NCBI GenBank assembly: GCA_964057225.1
Contig: OZ059896.1
Span: 1,364,001 to 1,428,000, forward strand
DNA: 64,000 nucleotides
From: Auanema rhodensis
Taxonomy: Eukaryota; Animalia; Nematoda
Direction: 5' to 3'
Shown: positions 23,481 through 37,295 of the stretch, one piece after another
Layout: every line of letters begins with the position of its first letter
Numbering within the stretch: the stretch's first letter is position 1
Translations under genes and position numbers: made by a program
The notes under the pieces: generated by a model
Seen by the model: only the letters and a program-made list of their open reading frames with translations
Databases searched by the model: none
Told to the model about the DNA's origin: nothing

Positions 23481-26400
23481 TTTTTTCGAGGCAAAAACGA
23501 TGGACAATGTTATTCAACGAAAAAATTAATTCTTCAGGGTGAAAATCGAGGATATAAGTGTGAACTTATATCAGTTGATATCTCGGTGCATTTTCAAGCT
23601 AGCGCAAATCTGATAGTACAGATCGACGCAGCTTAAAAATCCGCATCGAATGCACTATACTACATTGAGAAACGCTTAATACAAAAATTAGTTATGATCG
23701 TTTGAAAAATGATGCATTAGTGTATGTTGAGTTTCCATGTACACTCAAAATTGCTTCCAAAAACATTTTGACAAAAATTTTTTCAAAAAATTTCAAAATA
23801 ATTTAGCGAAAAGTAGATGTTTTTAGATTCCTTTTTTCAAGGCAAAAACGATGGACAATGTTATTCAACGAAAAAATTAATTCTTCAGGGTGAAAATCGA
23901 GAATATAAGTGTGAACTTATATCAGTTGATATCTCGGTGCATTTTCAAGCTAGCGCAAATCTGATAGTACAGATCGACGCAGCTTAAAAATCCGCATCGA
24001 ATGCACTATACTACATTGAGAAACGCTTAATACAAAATTTAGTTATGATCGTTTGAAAAATGATGCATTAGTGTATGTTGAGTTTCCATGTACACTCAAA
24101 ATTGCTTCCAAAAACATTTTGACAAAAATTTTTTCGAAAAATTTCAAAATAATTTAGCGAAAAGTAGATGTTTTCAGATTCCTTTTTTTGAGGCAAAAAC
24201 GATGGACAATGTTATTCAACGAAAAAATTAATTCTTCAGGGTGAAAATCGAGGATATAAGTGTGAACTTATATCAGTTCATATCTCGGTGCATTTTCAAG
24301 CTAGCGCAAATCTGATAGTACAGATCGACGCAGCTTAAAAATCCGCATCGAATGCACTATACTACATTGAGAAACGCTTAATACAAAATTTAGTTATGAT
24401 CGTTTGAAAAATGATGCATTAGTGTATGTTGAGTTTCCATGTACACTCAAAATTGCTTCCAAAAACATTTTGACAAAAATTTTTTCGAAAAATTTTAAGA
24501 TAATTTAGCGAAAAGTAGATGTTTTCAGATTCCTTTTTTTGAGGCAAAAACGATGGACAATGTTATTCAACGAAAAAATTAATTCTTCAGGGTGAAAATC
24601 GAGGATATAAGTGTGAACTTATATCAGTTGATATCTCGGTGCATTTTCAAGCTAGCGGAAATCTGATAACACAGATCGACGCAGCTTAAAATTCCGCATC
24701 GATTGCATTATACTACAATGAGAAAAGCTTAATAAAAAAATTAGTTATGATCGTTTGAAAAATGATGCATTCGTGTATGTTGAGTTTCCATGTACACTCA
24801 AAATTGCTTCCAAAAACATTTTGACAAAATTTTTTTCGAAAAATTTCAAAATAATTTAGCAAAAAGTAGATGTTTTTAGATTCCTTTTTTCAAAGCAAAA
24901 ACGATGGACAATGTTATTCAACGAAAAAATTAATTCTTCAGGGTGAAAATCGAGGATATAAGTGTGAACTTATATCAGTTGATATCTCGGTGCATTTTCA
25001 AGCTAGCGCAAATCTGATAACACAGATCTACACAGCTTAAAAATGCGCATTGAATGCACTATACTACATTGTGAAAAGCTTAATACAAAAATTAGTTATG
25101 ATCGTTTGAAAAATGATGCATTAGTGTATGTTGAGTTTCCATGTACACTCAAAATTGCTTCCAAAAACATTTTGACAAAAATTTTTTCGAAAAATTTCAA
25201 AATAATTTAGCAAAAAGTAGATGTTTTTAGTTTCCTTTTTTCAAGGCAAAAACGATGGACAATGTTATTCAACGAAAAAATTAATTCTTCAGGGTGAAAA
25301 TCGAGGATATAAGTGTGAACTTGTATCAGTTGATATCTCGGTGCATTTTCAAGCTAGCGCAAATCTGATAACACAGATCTACACAGCTTAAAAATGCGCA
25401 TTGAATGCACTATACTACATTGAGAAACGCTTAATACAAAAATAAGTTATGATCGTTTGAAAAATGATGCATTAGTGTATGTTGAGTTTCCATGTACACT
25501 CAAAATTGCTTCCAAAAACATTTTGACAAAAATTTTTTCAAAAAATTTCAGAATAATTTAGCGAAAAGTAGATGTTTTTAGATTCCTTTTTTCAAGGCAA
25601 AAACGATGGACATTGTTATTCAACGAAAAAATTAATTCTTCAGGGTGAAAATCGAGGATATAGGTGTGAACTTATATCAGTTGATATCTCGGTGCATTTT
25701 TAAGCTAGCGCAAATCTGATAGTACAGATCGACGCAGCTTAATAATCCGCATCGAATGCACTATACTACATTGAGAAACGCTTAATACAAAAATAAGTTA
25801 TGATCGTTTGAAAAATGATGCATTAGTGTATGTTGAGTTTCCATGTACACTCAAAATTGCTTCCAAAAACATTTTGACAAAAATTTTTTCAAAAAATTTC
25901 AAAATAATTTAGCGAAAAGTAGATGTTTTTAGATTCCTTTTTTCAAGGCAAAAACGATGGACAATGTTATTCAACGAAAAAATTAATTCTTCAGGGTGAA
26001 AATCGAGGATATAAGTGTGAACTTATATCAGTTGATATCTCGGTGCATTTTCAAGCTAGCGCAAATCTGATAGTACAGATCGACGCAGCTTAAAAATCCG
26101 CATCGAATGCACTATACTACATTGAGAAACGCTCAATACAAAAATTAGTTATGATCGTTTGAAAAATGATGCATTAGTGTATGTTGAGTTTCCATGTACA
26201 CTCAAAATTGCTTCCAAAAACATTTTGACAAAAATTTTTTCAAAAAATTTCAAAATAATTTAGCGAAAAGTAGATGTTTTTAGATTCCTTTTTTCAAGGC
26301 AAAAACGATGGACAATGTTATTCAACGAAAAAATTAATTCTTCAGGGTGAAAATCGAGGATATATGTGTGAACTTATATCAGTTGATATCTCGGTGCATT

Positions 26401-29400
26401 TTTAAGCTAGCGCAAATCTGATAGTACACATCGACGCAGCTTAATAATCCGCATCGAATGCACTATACTACATTGAGAAACGCTTAATACAAAAATAAGT
26501 TATGATCGTTTGAAAAATGATGCATTAGTGTATGTTGAGTTTCCATGTACACTCAAAATTGCTTCCAAAAACATTTTGACAAAAATTTTTTCAAAAAATT
26601 TCAAAATAATTTAGCGAAAAGTAGATGTTTTTAGATTCCTTTTTTCAAGGCAAAAACGATGGACAATGTTATTCAACGAAAAAATTAATTCTTCAGGGTG
26701 AAAATCGAGGATATAAGTGTGAACTTATATCAGTTGATATCTCGGTGCATTTTCAAGCTAGCGCAAATCTGATAGTACAGATCGACGCAGCTTAAAAATC
26801 CGCATCGAATGCACTATACTACATTGAGAAACGCTTAATACAAAATTTAGTTATGATCGTTTGAAAAATGATGCATTAGTGTATGTTGAGTTTCCATGTA
26901 CACTCAAAATTGCTTCCAAAAACATTTTGACAAAAATTTTTTCGAAAAATTTCAAAATAATTTAGCGAAAAGTAGATGTTTTCAGATTCCTTTTTTTGAG
27001 GCAAAAACGATGGACAATGTTATTCAACGAAAAAATTAATTCTTCAGGGTGAAAATCGAGGATATAAGTGTGAACTTATATCAGTTCATATCTCGGTGCA
27101 TTTTCAAGCTAGCGCAAATCTGATAGTACAGATCGACGCAGCTTAAAAATCCGCATCGAATGCACTATACTACATTGAGAAACGCTTAATACAAAATTTA
27201 GTTATGATCGTTTGAAAAATGATGCATTAGTGTATGTTGAGTTTCCATGTACACTCAAAATTGCTTCCAAAAACATTTTGACAAAAATTTTTTCGAAAAA
27301 TTTTAAAATAATTTAGCGAAAAGTAGATGTTTTCAGATTCCTTTTTTTGAGGCAAAAACGATGGACAATGTTATTCAACGAAAAAATTAATTCTTCAGGG
27401 TGAAAATCGAGGATATAAGTGTGAACTTATATCAGTTGATATCTCGGTGCATTTTCAAGCTAGCGGAAATCTGATAACACAGATCGACGCAGCTTAAAAT
27501 TCCGCATCGATTGCATTATACTACAATGAGAAAAGCTTAATAAAAAAATTAGTTATGATCGTTTGAAAAATGATGCATTCGTGTATGTTGAGTTTCCATG
27601 TACACTCAAAATTGCTTCCAAAAACATTTTGACAAAATTTTTTTCGAAAAATTTCAAAATAATTTAGCAAAAAGTAGATGTTTTTAGATTCCTTTTTTCA
27701 AAGCAAAAACGATGGACAATGTTATTCAACGAAAAAATTAATTCTTCAGGGTGAAAATCGAGGATATAAGTGTGAACTTATATCAGTTGATATCTCGGTG
27801 CATTTTCAAGCTAGCGCAAATCTGATAACACAGATCTACACAGCTTAAAAATGCGCATTGAATGCACTATACTACATTGTGAAAAGCTTAATACAAAAAT
27901 TAGTTATGATCGTTTGAAAAATGATGCATTAGTGTATGTTGAGTTTCCATGTACACTCAAAATTGCTTCCAAAAACATTTTGACAAAAATTTTTTCGAAA
28001 AATTTCAAAATAATTTAGCAAAAAGTAGATGTTTTTAGTTTCCTTTTTTCAAGGCAAAAACGATGGACAATGTTATTCAACGAAAAAATTAATTCTTCAG
28101 GGTGAAAATCGAGGATATAAGTGTGAACTTGTATCAGTTGATATCTCGGTGCATTTTCAAGCTAGCGCAAATCTGATAACACAGATCTACACAGCTTAAA
28201 AATGCGCATTGAATGCACTATACTACATTGAGAAACGCTTAATACAAAAATAAGTTATGATCGTTTGAAAAATGATGCATTAGTGTATGTTGAGTTTCCA
28301 TGTACACTCAAAATTGCTTCCAAAAACATTTTGACAAAAATTTTTTCAAAAAATTTCAGAATAATTTAGCGAAAAGTAGATGTTTTTAGATTCCTTTTTT
28401 CAAGGCAAAAACGATGGACATTGTTATTCAACGAAAAAATTAATTCTTCAGGGTGAAAATCGAGGATATAGGTGTGAACTTATATCAGTTGATATCTCGG
28501 TGCATTTTTAAGCTAGCGCAAATCTGATAGTACAGATCGACGCAGCTTAATAATCCGCATCGAATGCACTATACTACATTGAGAAACGCTTAATACAAAA
28601 ATAAGTTATGATCGTTTGAAAAATGATGCATTAGTGTATGTTGAGTTTCCATGTACACTCAAAATTGCTTCCAAAAACATTTTGACAAAAATTTTTTCAA
28701 AAAATTTCAAAATAATTTAGCGAAAAGTAGATGTTTTTAGATTCCTTTTTTCAAGGCAAAAACGATGGACAATGTTATTCAACGAAAAAATTAATTCTTC
28801 AGGGTGAAAATCGAGGATATAAGTGTGAACTTATATCAGTTGATATCTCGGTGCATTTTCAAGCTAGCGCAAATCTGATAGTACAGATCGACGCAGCTTA
28901 AAAATCCGCATCGAATGCACTATACTACATTGAGAAACGCTTAATACAAAATTTAGTTATGATCGTTTGAAAAATGATGCATTAGTGTATGTTGAGTTTC
29001 CATGTACACTCAAAATTGCTTCCAAAAACATTTTGACAAAAATTTTTTCGAAAAATTTCAAAATAATTCAGCGAAAAGTGGATGTTTTTAGATTCCTTTT
29101 TTTGAGGCAAAAACGAAGGACAATGTAATTCAACGAAAAAATTAATTCTTCAGGGTGAAAATCGAGGATATAGGTGTGAACTTATATCAGTTGATATCTC
29201 GGTGCATTTTCAAGCTAGCGCAAATCTGATAGTACAGATCGACGCAGCTTAAAAATCCGCATCGAATGCACTATACTACATTGAGAAACGCTTAATACAA
29301 AATTTAGTTATGATCGTTTGAAAAATGATGCATTAGTGTATGTTGAGTTTCCATGTACACTCAACATTGCTTCCAAAAACATTTTGACAAAAATTTTTTC

Positions 29401-32400
29401 AAAAAATTTCAAAATAATTTAGCGAAAAGTAGATGTTTTTAGATTCCTTTTTTCAAGGCAAAAACGATGGACAATGTTATTCAACGAAAAAATTAATTCT
29501 TCAGGGTGAAAATCGAGGATATAAGTGTGAACTTATATCAGTTGATATCTCGGTGCATTTTCAAGCTAGCGCAAATCTGATAGTACAGATCGACGCAGCT
29601 TAAAAATCCGCATCGAATGCACTATACTACATTGAGAAACGCTTAATACAAAAATTAGTTATGATCGTTTGAAAAATGATGCATTAGTGTATGTTGAGTT
29701 TCCATGTACACTCAAAATTGCTTCCAAAAACATTTTGACAAAAATTTTTTCGAAAAATTTCAAAATAATTTAGCGAAAAGTAGATGTTTTTAGATTCCTT
29801 TTTTTGAGGCAAAAACGAAGGACAATGTAATTCAACGAAAAAATTAATTCTTCAGGGTGAAAATCGAGGATATAGGTGTGAACTTATATCAGTTGATATC
29901 TCGGTGCATTTTTAAGCTAGCGCAAATCTGATAGTACACATCGACGCAGCTTAATAATCCGCATCGAATGCACTATACTACATTGAGAAACGCTTAATAC
30001 AAAAATAAGTTATGATCGTTTGAAAAATGATGCATTAGTGTATGTTGAGTTTCCATGTACACTCAAAATTGCTTCCAAAAACATTTTGACAAAAATTTTT
30101 TCAAAAAATTTCAAAATAATTTAGCGAAAAGTACATGTTTTTAGATTCCTTTTTTCAAGGCAAAAACGATGGACAATGTTATTCAACGAAAAAATTAATT
30201 CTTCAGTGTGAAAATCGAGGATATAAGTGTGAACTTATATCAGTTGATATCTCGGTGCATTTTCAAGCTAGCGCAAATCTGATAGTACAGATCGACGCAG
30301 CTTAAAAATCCGCATCGAATGCACTATACTACATTGAGAAACGCTTAATACAAAAATTAGTTATGATCGTTTGAAAAATGATGCATTAGTGTATGTTGAG
30401 TTTCCATGTACACTCAAAATTGCTTCCAAAAACATTTTGACAAAAATTTTTTCAAAAAATTTCAAAATAATTTAGCGAAAAGTAGATGTTTTTAGATTCC
30501 TTTTTTCAAGGCAAAAACGATGGACAATGTTATTCAACGAAAAAATTAATTCTTCAGGGTGAAAATCGAGGATATAGGTGTGAACTTATATCAGTTGATA
30601 TCTCGGTGCATTTTCAAGCTAGCGCAAATCTGATAGTACAGATCGACGCAGCTTAAAAATCCGCATCGAATGCACTATACTACATTGAGAAACGCTTAAT
30701 ACAAAAATAAGTTATGATCGTTTGAAAAATGATGCATTAGTGTATGTTGAGTTTCCATATACACTCAAAATTGCTTCCAAAAACATTTTGACAAAAATTT
30801 TTTCAAAAAATTTCGAAATAATTTAGCGAAAAGTAGATGTTTTTAGATTCCTTTTTTCAAGGCAAAAACGATGGACAATGTTATTCAACGAAAAAATTAA
30901 TTCTTCAGGGTGAAAATCGAGGATATAAGTGTGAACTTATATCAGTTGATATCTCGGTGCATTTTCAAGCTAGCGCAAATCTGATAGTACAGATCGACGC
31001 AGCTTAAAAATCCGCATCGAATGCACTATACTACATTGAGAAACGCTTAATACAAAAATTAGTTATGATCGTTTGAAAAATGATGCATTAGTGTATGTTG
31101 AGTTTCCATGTACACTCAAAATTGCTTCCAAAAACATTTTGACAAAAATTTTTTCAAAAAATTTCAAAATAATTTAGCGAAAAGTAGATGTTTTTAGATT
31201 CCTTTTTTCAAGGCAAAAACGATGGACAATGTTATTCAACGAAAAAATTAATTCTTCAGGGTGAAAATCGAGGATATAGGTGTGAACTTATATCAGTTGA
31301 TATCTCGGTGCATTTTCAAGCTAGCGCAAATCTGATAGTACAGATCGACGCAGCTTAAAAATCCGCATCGAATGCACTATACTACATTGAGAAACGCTTA
31401 ATACAAAATTTAGTTATGATCGTTTGAAAAATGATGCATTAGTGTATGTTGAGTTTCCATGTACACTCAACATTGCTTCCAAAAACATTTTGACAAAAAT
31501 TTTTTCGAAAAATTTCAAAAAAATTTAACGAAAAGTAGATGTTTTTAGATTCCTTTTTTCAAGGCAAAAACGAAGGACAATGTAATTCAACGAAAAAATT
31601 AATTCTTCAGGGTGAAAATCGAGGATATAAGTGTGAACTTATATCAGTTCATATCTCGGTGTATTTTCAAGCTAGCGCAAATCTGATAGTACAGATCGAC
31701 GCAGCTTAAAAATCCGCATCGAATGCACTATACTAAATTGAGAAACGCTTAATACAAAAATTAGTTATGATCGTTTGAAAAATGATGCATTAGTGTATGT
31801 TGAGTTTCCATGTACACTCAAAATTGCTTCCAAAAACATTTTGACAAAAATTTTTTCGAAAAATTTCAAAATAATTTAGCGAAAAGTAGATGTTTTTAGA
31901 TTCCTTTTTTTGAGGCAAAAACGAAGGACAATGTAATTCAACGAAAAAATTAATTCTTCAGGGTGAAAATCGAGGATATAGGTGTGAACTTATATCAGTT
32001 GATATCTCGGTGCATTTTCAAGCTAGCGCAAATCTGATAGTACAGATCGACGCAGCTTAAAAATCCGCATCGAATGCACTATACTACATTGAGAAACGCT
32101 TAATACAAAATTTAGTTATGATCGTTTGAAAAATGATGCATTAGTGTATGTTGAGTTTCCATGTACACTCAAAATTGCTTCCAAAAACATTTTGACAAAA
32201 ATTTTTTCGAAAAATTTCAAAATAATTTAGCGAAAAGTAGATGTTTTTAGATTCCTTTTTTTGAGGCAAAAACGAAGGACAATGTAATTCAACGAAAAAA
32301 TTAATTCTTCAGGGTGAAAATCGAGGATATAGGTGTGAACTTATATCAGTTGATATCTCGGTGCATTTTCAAGCTAGCGCAAATCCGATAGTACAGATCG

Positions 32401-35062
32401 ACGCAGCTTAAAAATCCGCATCGAATGCACTATACTACATTGAGAAACGCTTAATACAAAATTTAGTTATGATCGTTTGAAAAATGATGCATTAGTGTAT
32501 GTTGAGTTTCCATGTACACTCAACATTGCTTCCAAAAACATTTTGACAAAAATTTTTTCGAAAAATTTCAAAATAATTTAGCGAAAAGTAGATGTTTTTA
32601 GATTCCTTTTTTCGAGGCAAAAACGATGGACAATGTTATTCAACGAAAAAATTAATTCTTCAGGGTGAAAATCGAGGATATAAGTGTGAACTTATATCAG
32701 TTGATATCTCGGTGCATTTTCAAGCTAGCGCAAATCTGATAGTACAGATCGACGCAGCTTAAAAATCCGCATCGAATGCACTATACTACATTGAGAAACG
32801 CTTAATACAAAATTTAGTTATGATCGTTTGAAAAATGATGCATTAGTGTATGTTGAGTTTCCATGTACACTCAAAATTGCTTCCAAAAACATTTTGACAA
32901 AAATTTTTTCGAAAAATTTCAAAATAATTTAGCGAAAAGTAGATGTTTTCAGATTCCTTTTTTTGAGGCAAAAACGATGGACAATGTTATTCAACGAAAA
33001 AATTAATTCTTCAGGGTGAAAATCGAGGATATAAGTGTGAACTTATATCAGTTCATATCTCGGTGCATTTTCAAGCTAGCGCAAATCTGATAGTACAGAT
33101 CGACGCAGCTTAAAAATCCGCATCGAATGCACTATACTACATTGAGAAACGCTTAATACAAAATTTAGTTATGATCGTTTGAAAAATGATGCATTAGTGT
33201 ATGTTGAGTTTCCATGTACACTCAAAATTGCTTCCAAAAACATTTTGACAAAAATTTTTTCGAAAAATTTTAAAATAATTTAGCGAAAAGTAGATGTTTT
33301 CAGATTCCTTTTTTTGAGGCAAAAACGATGGACAATGTTATTCAACGAAAAAATTAATTCTTCAGGGTGAAAATCGAGGATATAAGTGTGAACTTATATC
33401 AGTTGATATCTCGGTGCATTTTCAAGCTAGCGGAAATCTGATAACACAGATCGACGCAGCTTAAAATTCCGCATCGATTGCATTATACTACAATGAGAAA
33501 AGCTTAATAAAAAAATTAGTTATGATCGTTTGAAAAATGATGCATTCGTGTATGTTGAGTTTCCATGTACACTCAAAATTGCTTCCAAAAACATTTTGAC
33601 AAAATTTTTTTCGAAAAATTTCAAAATAATTTAGCAAAAAGTAGATGTTTTTAGATTCCTTTTTTCAAAGCAAAAACGATGGACAATGTTATTCAACGAA
33701 AAAATTAATTCTTCAGGGTGAAAATCGAGGATATAAGTGTGAACTTATATCAGTTGATATCTCGGTGCATTTTCAAGCTAGCGCAAATCTGATAACACAG
33801 ATCTACACAGCTTAAAAATGCGCATTGAATGCACTATACTACATTGTGAAAAGCTTAATACAAAAATTAGTTATGATCGTTTGAAAAATGATGCATTAGT
33901 GTATGTTGAGTTTCCATGTACACTCAAAATTGCTTCCAAAAACATTTTGACAAAAATTTTTTCGAAAAATTTCAAAATAATTTAGCAAAAAGTAGATGTT
34001 TTTAGTTTCCTTTTTTCAAGGCAAAAACGATGGACAATGTTATTCAACGAAAAAATTAATTCTTCAGGGTGAAAATCGAGGATATAAGTGTGAACTTGTA
34101 TCAGTTGATATCTCGGTGCATTTTCAAGCTAGCGCAAATCTGATAACACAGATCTACACATCTTAAAAATGCGCATTGAATGCACTATACTACATTGAGA
34201 AAAGCTTAATACAAAAATTAGTTATGATCGTTTGAAAAATGATGCATTAGTGTATGTTGAGTTTCCATGTACACTCAAAATTGCTTCCAAAAACATTTTG
34301 ACAAAAATTTTTTCGAAAAATTTCAAAATAATTTAGCAAAAAGTAGATGTTTTTAGATTCCTTTTTTCAAAGCAAAAACGATGGGCAATGTTATTCAACG
34401 AAAAAATTAATTCTTCAGGGTGAAAATCGAGGATATAAGTGTGAACTTATATCAGTTGATATCTCGGTGCATTTTCAAGCTAGCGCAAATCTGATAACAC
34501 AGATCGACGCAGCTTAAAATTCCGCATCGATTGCATTATACTACATTGAGAAACGCTTAATAAAAAAATTAGTTATGATCGTTTGAAAAATGATGCATTA
34601 GTGTATGTTGAGTTTCCATGTACACTCAAAATTGCTTCCAAAAACATTTTGACAAAAATTTTTTCGAAAAATTTCAAAATAATTTAGCAAAAAGTAGATG
34701 TTTTTAGATTCCTTTTTTCAAAGCAAAAACGATGGACAATGTTATTCAACGAAAAAATTAATTCTTCAGGGTGAAAATCGAGGATATAAGTGTGAACTTA
34801 TATCAGTTCATATCTCGGTGCATTTTCAAGCTAGCGCAAATCTGATAGTACAGATCGACGCAGCTTAAAAATCCGCATCGAATGCACTATACTAAATTGA
34901 GAAACGCTTAATAAAAAAATTAGTTATGACCGTTTGAAACATGATGCATTAGTGTATGTTGAGTTTCCATGTACACTCAAAAATGCTTCCAAAAACATTT
35001 TGACAAAATTTTTTTCGAAAAATTTCAAAATAATTTAGCAAAAAGTAGATGTTTTTAGATTC
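21179..35062. repeat. 351-bp satellite array, segment 2 (~39.6 monomers)
   Basis: Same 351-bp monomer and orientation; one 1-bp insertion near 23447. Confidence 0.99.
24000..28950. repeat. Local 8-monomer (2808 bp) duplication
   Basis: ATTCCGCATCGATT 24692/27500, GCATTCGTG 24772/27580, TTTCAGAAT 25551/28359. Boundaries are approximate. Confidence 0.8.
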
Positions 35063-37295
35063 TTCACGTAAATTTCAAAGTCATGGTTACCATGCACCAA
35101 TATCAATAAAATTTTGTTTTTAGACTAATATGGACATGGGGAATCTAATTTTGAAAACCGCATCTCTTTATCTTTCACGTGAAGCGAGTTACATACCAAG
35201 TGCACATCACGTGTACATTTAATTAGCATAAATTAAAGTTCACGTAAACTTCAAACTCATGGTTACCATACACCAATATCAATAAAAATTTGTTTTTAGA
35301 CTAATATGGACATGGAGAATCTAATTTTAAAAACCGCATCTCTTTATCTTTCACGTGAAGCGAGTTACATACCAAGTGCACATCACGTGTACATTTAATT
35401 AGCATAAATTAAAGTTCACGTAAATTCCAAACTCATGGTTACCATACACCAATATCAATAAAAATTTGTTTTTAGACTAATATGGACATGGAAAATCTAA
35501 TTTTGAAAACCGCATCTCTTTATCTTTCACGTGAAGCGAGTTACATACCAAGTGCACATCACGTGTACATTTAATTAGCATAAATTAAAGTTCACGTAAA
35601 TTTCAAAGTCATGGTTACCATGCACCAATATCAATAAAATTTTGTTTTTAGACTAATATGGACATGGGGAATCTAATTTTGAAAACCGCATCTCAAATCC
35701 GCATCGAATGCACTATACTACATTGAGAAACGCTTAATACAAAAATTAGTTATGATCGTTTGAAAAATGATGCATTAGTGTATGTTGAGTTTCCATGTAC
35801 ACTCAAAATTGCTTCCAAAAACATTTTGACAAAAATTTTTTCGAAAAATTTCAAAATAATTTAGCAAAAAGTAGATGTTTTTAGATTCCTTTTTTCAAGG
35901 CAAAAACGATGGACAATGTTATTCAACGAAAAAATTAATTCTTCAGGGTGAAAATCGAGGATATATGTGTGAACTTATATCAGTTGATATCTCGGTGCAT
36001 TTTTAAGCTAGCGCAAATCTGATAGTACAGATCGACGCAGCTTAATAATCCGCATCGAATGCACTATACTACATTGAGAAACGCTTAATACAAAAATAAG
36101 TTATGATCGTTTGAAAAATGATGCATTAGTGTATGTTGAGTTTCCATGTACACTCAAAATTGCTTCCAAAAACATTTTGACAAAAATTTTTTCAAAAAAT
36201 TTCAAAATAATTTAGCGAAAAGTAGATGTTTTTAGATTCCTTTTTTCAAGGCAAAAACGATGGACAATGTTATTCAACGAAAAAATTAATTCTTCAGGGT
36301 GAAAATCGAGGATATAGGTGTGAACTTATATCAGTTGATATCTCGGTGCATTTTTAAGCTAGCGCAAATCTGATAGTACAGATCGACGCAGCTTAATAAT
36401 CCGCATCGAATGCACTATACTACATTGAGAAACGCTTAATACAAAAATTAGTTATGATCTTTTGAAAAATGATGCATTAGTGTATGTTGAGTTTCCATGT
36501 ACACTCAAAATTGCTTCCAAAAACATTTTGACACAAATTTTTTCAAAAAATTTCAAAATAATTTAGCGAAAAGTAGATGTTTTTAGATTCCTTTTTTCAA
36601 GGCAAAAACGATGGAGAATGTTATTCAACGAAAAAATTAATTCTTCAGGGTGAAAATCGAGGATATAGGTGTGAACTTATATCAGTTGATATCTCGGTGC
36701 ATTTTCAAGCTAGCGCAAATCTGATAGTACAGATCGACGCAGCTTAAAAATCCGCATCGAATGCACTATACTACATTGAGAAACGCTTAATACAAAAATT
36801 AGTTATGATCGTTTGAAAAATGATGCATTAGTGTATGTTGAGTTTCCATGTACACTCAAAATTGCTTCCAAAAACATTTTGACAAAAATTTTTTCGAAAA
36901 ATTTCAAAATAATTTAGCGAAAAGTAGATGTTTTTAGATTCCTTTTTTTGAGGCAAAAACGATGGACAATGTTATTCAACGAAAAAATTAATTCTTCAGG
37001 GTGAAAATCGAGGATATAAGTGTGAACTTATATCAGTTGATATCTCGGTGCATTTTTAAGCTAGCGGAAATTTGATAACACAGATCGACGCAGCTTAAAA
37101 ATCCGCATCGAGTGCACTATACTACATTAAGAAAAGCTTAATACAAAAATTAGTTATGATCGTTTGAAAAATGATGCATTAGTGTATGTTGAGTTTCCAT
37201 GTACACTCAACATTGCTTCCAAAAACATTTTGACAAAAATTTTTTCGAAAAATTTCAAAATTAATTTAGCGAAAAGTAGATGTTTTTAGATTCCT
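31015..37295. repeat. Segmental duplication unit carrying cassette copy 2; paralog of ~16850-23480
   Basis: Same ordered series of rare variants, including the 1-bp insertion TCAAAATTAATTTAG at ~23447/~37261. Boundaries are approximate. Confidence 0.85.
35063..35694. repeat. 632-bp 176-bp-satellite cassette (copy 2)
   Basis: Same length and same left (AGATTC|TTCACG) and right (GCATCTC|AAATCCG) junctions as copy 1. The only difference I could see is T20617 vs G35133. Confidence 0.97.
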
